The notes beneath the pieces were generated by a model that ran no database searches, was not told where the DNA came from, and worked only from the letters and a program-made list of their open reading frames with translations. A stretch of DNA of 26,070 bases. Origin: a virus. Taxonomy: Duplodnaviria; Caudoviricetes. The stretch lies in IMG/VR virus record IMGVR_UViG_3300050141_000005, positions 1-26,070 of that record. The stretch is one strand, 5' to 3'. Numbering within the stretch: position 1 is the stretch's first letter; each line of letters begins with the position of its first letter. A program made the translations under genes and the position numbers. Positions 24,174 to 26,070 of this stretch are shown here, piece after piece.

Positions 24174-25904
24174 TTACTTGGAGGTGACTACGAAGAAAGG
24201 CTTCTTGACTTTTACCAAGTTCTCTTCTGCCATTGACCGCCCAAGAGCTTGTACCAGTGCCGTGCAACCATCGATCTTGTCTCGATCACGCAGCTTGTCA
24301 GGCTTGATGAAGTTAGTTCCGTGCTGTGTGTTCCATTTCAGATTGCCCATTTGCCAACGCATCACCGGATTGCGAGTGTGGGCAAACTCTTGGCGGATGA
24401 GTTTGCGCATGAGTTCCTGACACGGTGCATTCATGCGAAGATGCGTCTGCGGAAACGGAACTAACTTTTCCATCGGGAATTGCTCTTCAGCTAGCATCCT
24501 GATGACTTCGCTTGCCCACGCGGCATCATAGGCAATTTCTTTCACGTTGAATTGCTGAATTACGGCGGCAAACTGACCTGTGATATAGCGAGGGTCCGTG
24601 AGATTTCCTGGAGTCGGAACGATGAAGCCGTCATCTCTCCACACATCGTAGGGAACGCGATCTCGCTTCACGCGGTCATCGAGATGTGCCTCTGGACACC
24701 AAAAATATTCGATGATGCTCCAGCGTTCAGTGAAGACTAAAGGCGGGAAGAGCAACACTAATGAAGATGTATCAATTTGTGGAGCGTAATCGAAGCCACC
24801 AAAGCACAGCCTTCCTTTTAGCCGTTCTATAGCCTCTTTCCTCAGGCGTTTGGGGTCAGGGTGGGTAGTGATGTCTTCGACGCAGCACAGATCCCACTTA
24901 TCAATGTCTATTGCAGGCAGGGCTGCTTGATCGGACCAGATGTTTAACCGATACCGCTTGTACTCACCCATTGCGGTCGGTTTGCCTTCAGCTTCCCTAA
25001 ACTGATTTTCTAATGCCGACAGTGGGAGAATGGCGCCGAGCGATGGATTTGGTTTAATCCAGTTCTTGGGGTCTTTGAAATCATCTTTGAGATCGAGCGA
25101 AAAGATGAACGGGCAGATTTCATCATCGTCTATAACTCTATCGAGAATTTTGCAGCCGTACTCGTGCTCACTCCAGCAAAGCGTGCTCTTGCCTTCCGAT
25201 GCGCCAGCCGTCGTGATGCAAATCAACATTGGCTGCGTGCGCGTGTCACCACCGTAGCGGAGAATGCTCCAGAGGTTATCAGTGAGCTTCCAGCGATGTA
25301 ATTCATCAAGAATGGCTGCGGAAACGACAGCGCCATCCTGAGAATCTGAACCGCGCGTCATCGGAGACAAGCGCGAGTTTGATTTTGGTACGTAAAGGGC
25401 GTGGACAGGTGAGTTGCCATTCTTGTTGATGAGCGCATGAAGTTCAGGACTATGGTCGCGCATCGCAACTGCCTCATGGAAGCACTCACGCGCTTGTTTC
25501 AGCGCAGTTGCGGCAATGAACACACGAGCAGCCTCTTCACCATCACCGAGAAGGTGATACAAGCTGAGCGCTGCTGCTAAGCCTGTTTTGCCATTCTTCT
25601 TAGCAATTTCCAGATATGCACGGCGGAAACGACGTGTTCCATCAAGGCGCTTCCACCCATAGAGGATGGAGATAAAAGCTTGCTGCCACGGCATCAAAAC
25701 TATGGGCGTATGCTGCGCAGAAGGAATGCAGAAGAACTGACAGAAGTCGATAACATCATTTGCTGCGGCAGGATCGAACCAGATGTCTGTGCGTTCCAAG
25801 TCACGTAAGTGGCGTTGAATGGCTTTCTTGATCCACGCACCAACAACGACAGTGCCGTCCATTACTCCGTTGATATAGGAATCTACAGTGGTATTGATCT
25901 GCAC
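24174..25904 (-). CDS. terL: terminase large subunit
   Basis: Walker A IAKKNGKT, Walker B AILDELH, ITTAG, nuclease GGFDYA and DKIDG; likely GTG start at 25904 after GGGAG. Confidence 0.96.
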   Translation of the reverse strand: MQINTTVDSYINGVMDGTVVVGAWIKKAIQRHLRDLERTDIWFDPAAANDVIDFCQFFCIPSAQHTPIVLMPWQQAFISILYGWKRLDGTRRFRRAYLEIAKKNGKTGLAAALSLYHLLGDGEEAARVFIAATALKQARECFHEAVAMRDHSPELHALINKNGNSPVHALYVPKSNSRLSPMTRGSDSQDGAVVSAAILDELHRWKLTDNLWSILRYGGDTRTQPMLICITTAGASEGKSTLCWSEHEYGCKILDRVIDDDEICPFIFSLDLKDDFKDPKNWIKPNPSLGAILPLSALENQFREAEGKPTAMGEYKRYRLNIWSDQAALPAIDIDKWDLCCVEDITTHPDPKRLRKEAIERLKGRLCFGGFDYAPQIDTSSLVLLFPPLVFTERWSIIEYFWCPEAHLDDRVKRDRVPYDVWRDDGFIVPTPGNLTDPRYITGQFAAVIQQFNVKEIAYDAAWASEVIRMLAEEQFPMEKLVPFPQTHLRMNAPCQELMRKLIRQEFAHTRNPVMRWQMGNLKWNTQHGTNFIKPDKLRDRDKIDGCTALVQALGRSMAEENLVKVKKPFFVVTSK

Positions 25905-25912
25905 TTTGTAAG

Positions 25913-25940
25913 CTCTCCCTACTATCTCCGAGGTCTGTGA
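25913..25940 (-). promoter_or_regulatory. degenerate motif B copy upstream of terL
   Basis: TCACAG-N13-TAGGGAGAG, the same flanks and spacing as 13605-13632. Confidence 0.4.
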
Positions 25941-25950
25941 CGCTCTTAAC

Positions 25951-25990
25951 AAAACAGCAAAAGGGCTCTGCCGGTTAGCAGAGCCCTTTT
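25951..25990 (-). terminator. intrinsic terminator upstream of terL
   Basis: AAAAGGGCTCTGC-CGGTTA-GCAGAGCCCTTTT perfect inverted repeat; on the minus strand followed by TTTTGCTGTTTT. Confidence 0.85.
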
Positions 25991-26035
25991 GAGTAACTGA
26001 GTCAGGAGAGGTAACTCAGTCACAGGTGGAGGATG

Positions 26036-26070
26036 TTATCCATTAGTGTTGAGTTGCTGGACGGCTTCAG
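26036..26070 (-). CDS. possible 3' end of an upstream gene (…EAVQQLNTNG*), perhaps the major capsid protein
   Basis: Only 10 codons are visible before two hairpins; the frame is uncertain. Confidence 0.25.
   Translation of the reverse strand, partial: EAVQQLNTNG

Overview
Late (virion morphogenesis) region of a siphovirus-type phage or prophage, encoded almost entirely on the minus strand. Gene order reading right to left: terminase large subunit, HTH protein, HK97-type portal, free-standing GIY-YIG endonuclease, ClpP-type head protease, head-tail adaptor, head closure, tail terminator, 823-aa fibre-like protein, HK97 gp10-like protein, GT2 glycosyltransferase, tail tube, frameshifting tail chaperones, tape measure, and a GTA-like baseplate (DUF2460, DUF2163, NlpC/P60, 1640-aa tail tip with PA14 and a C-terminal Hint domain). 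No major capsid, small terminase, endolysin or integrase gene is recognisable in the window. Two plus-strand morons with leaderless sigma70-type promoters interrupt the late operon. One encodes a small protein of a type I associate with Acidobacteriota, which hints at the host (inference). Two families of repeated intergenic motifs look like late promoters. The most unusual signal is a ~110-nt structured non-coding element (15338-15445). It holds two identically boxed 10-nt segments that match opposite strands of one contiguous 19-bp site at 15736-15754, an arrangement reminiscent of dual-guide (bridge RNA/TIGR-like) RNAs. All calls were made by eye, with no database searches.
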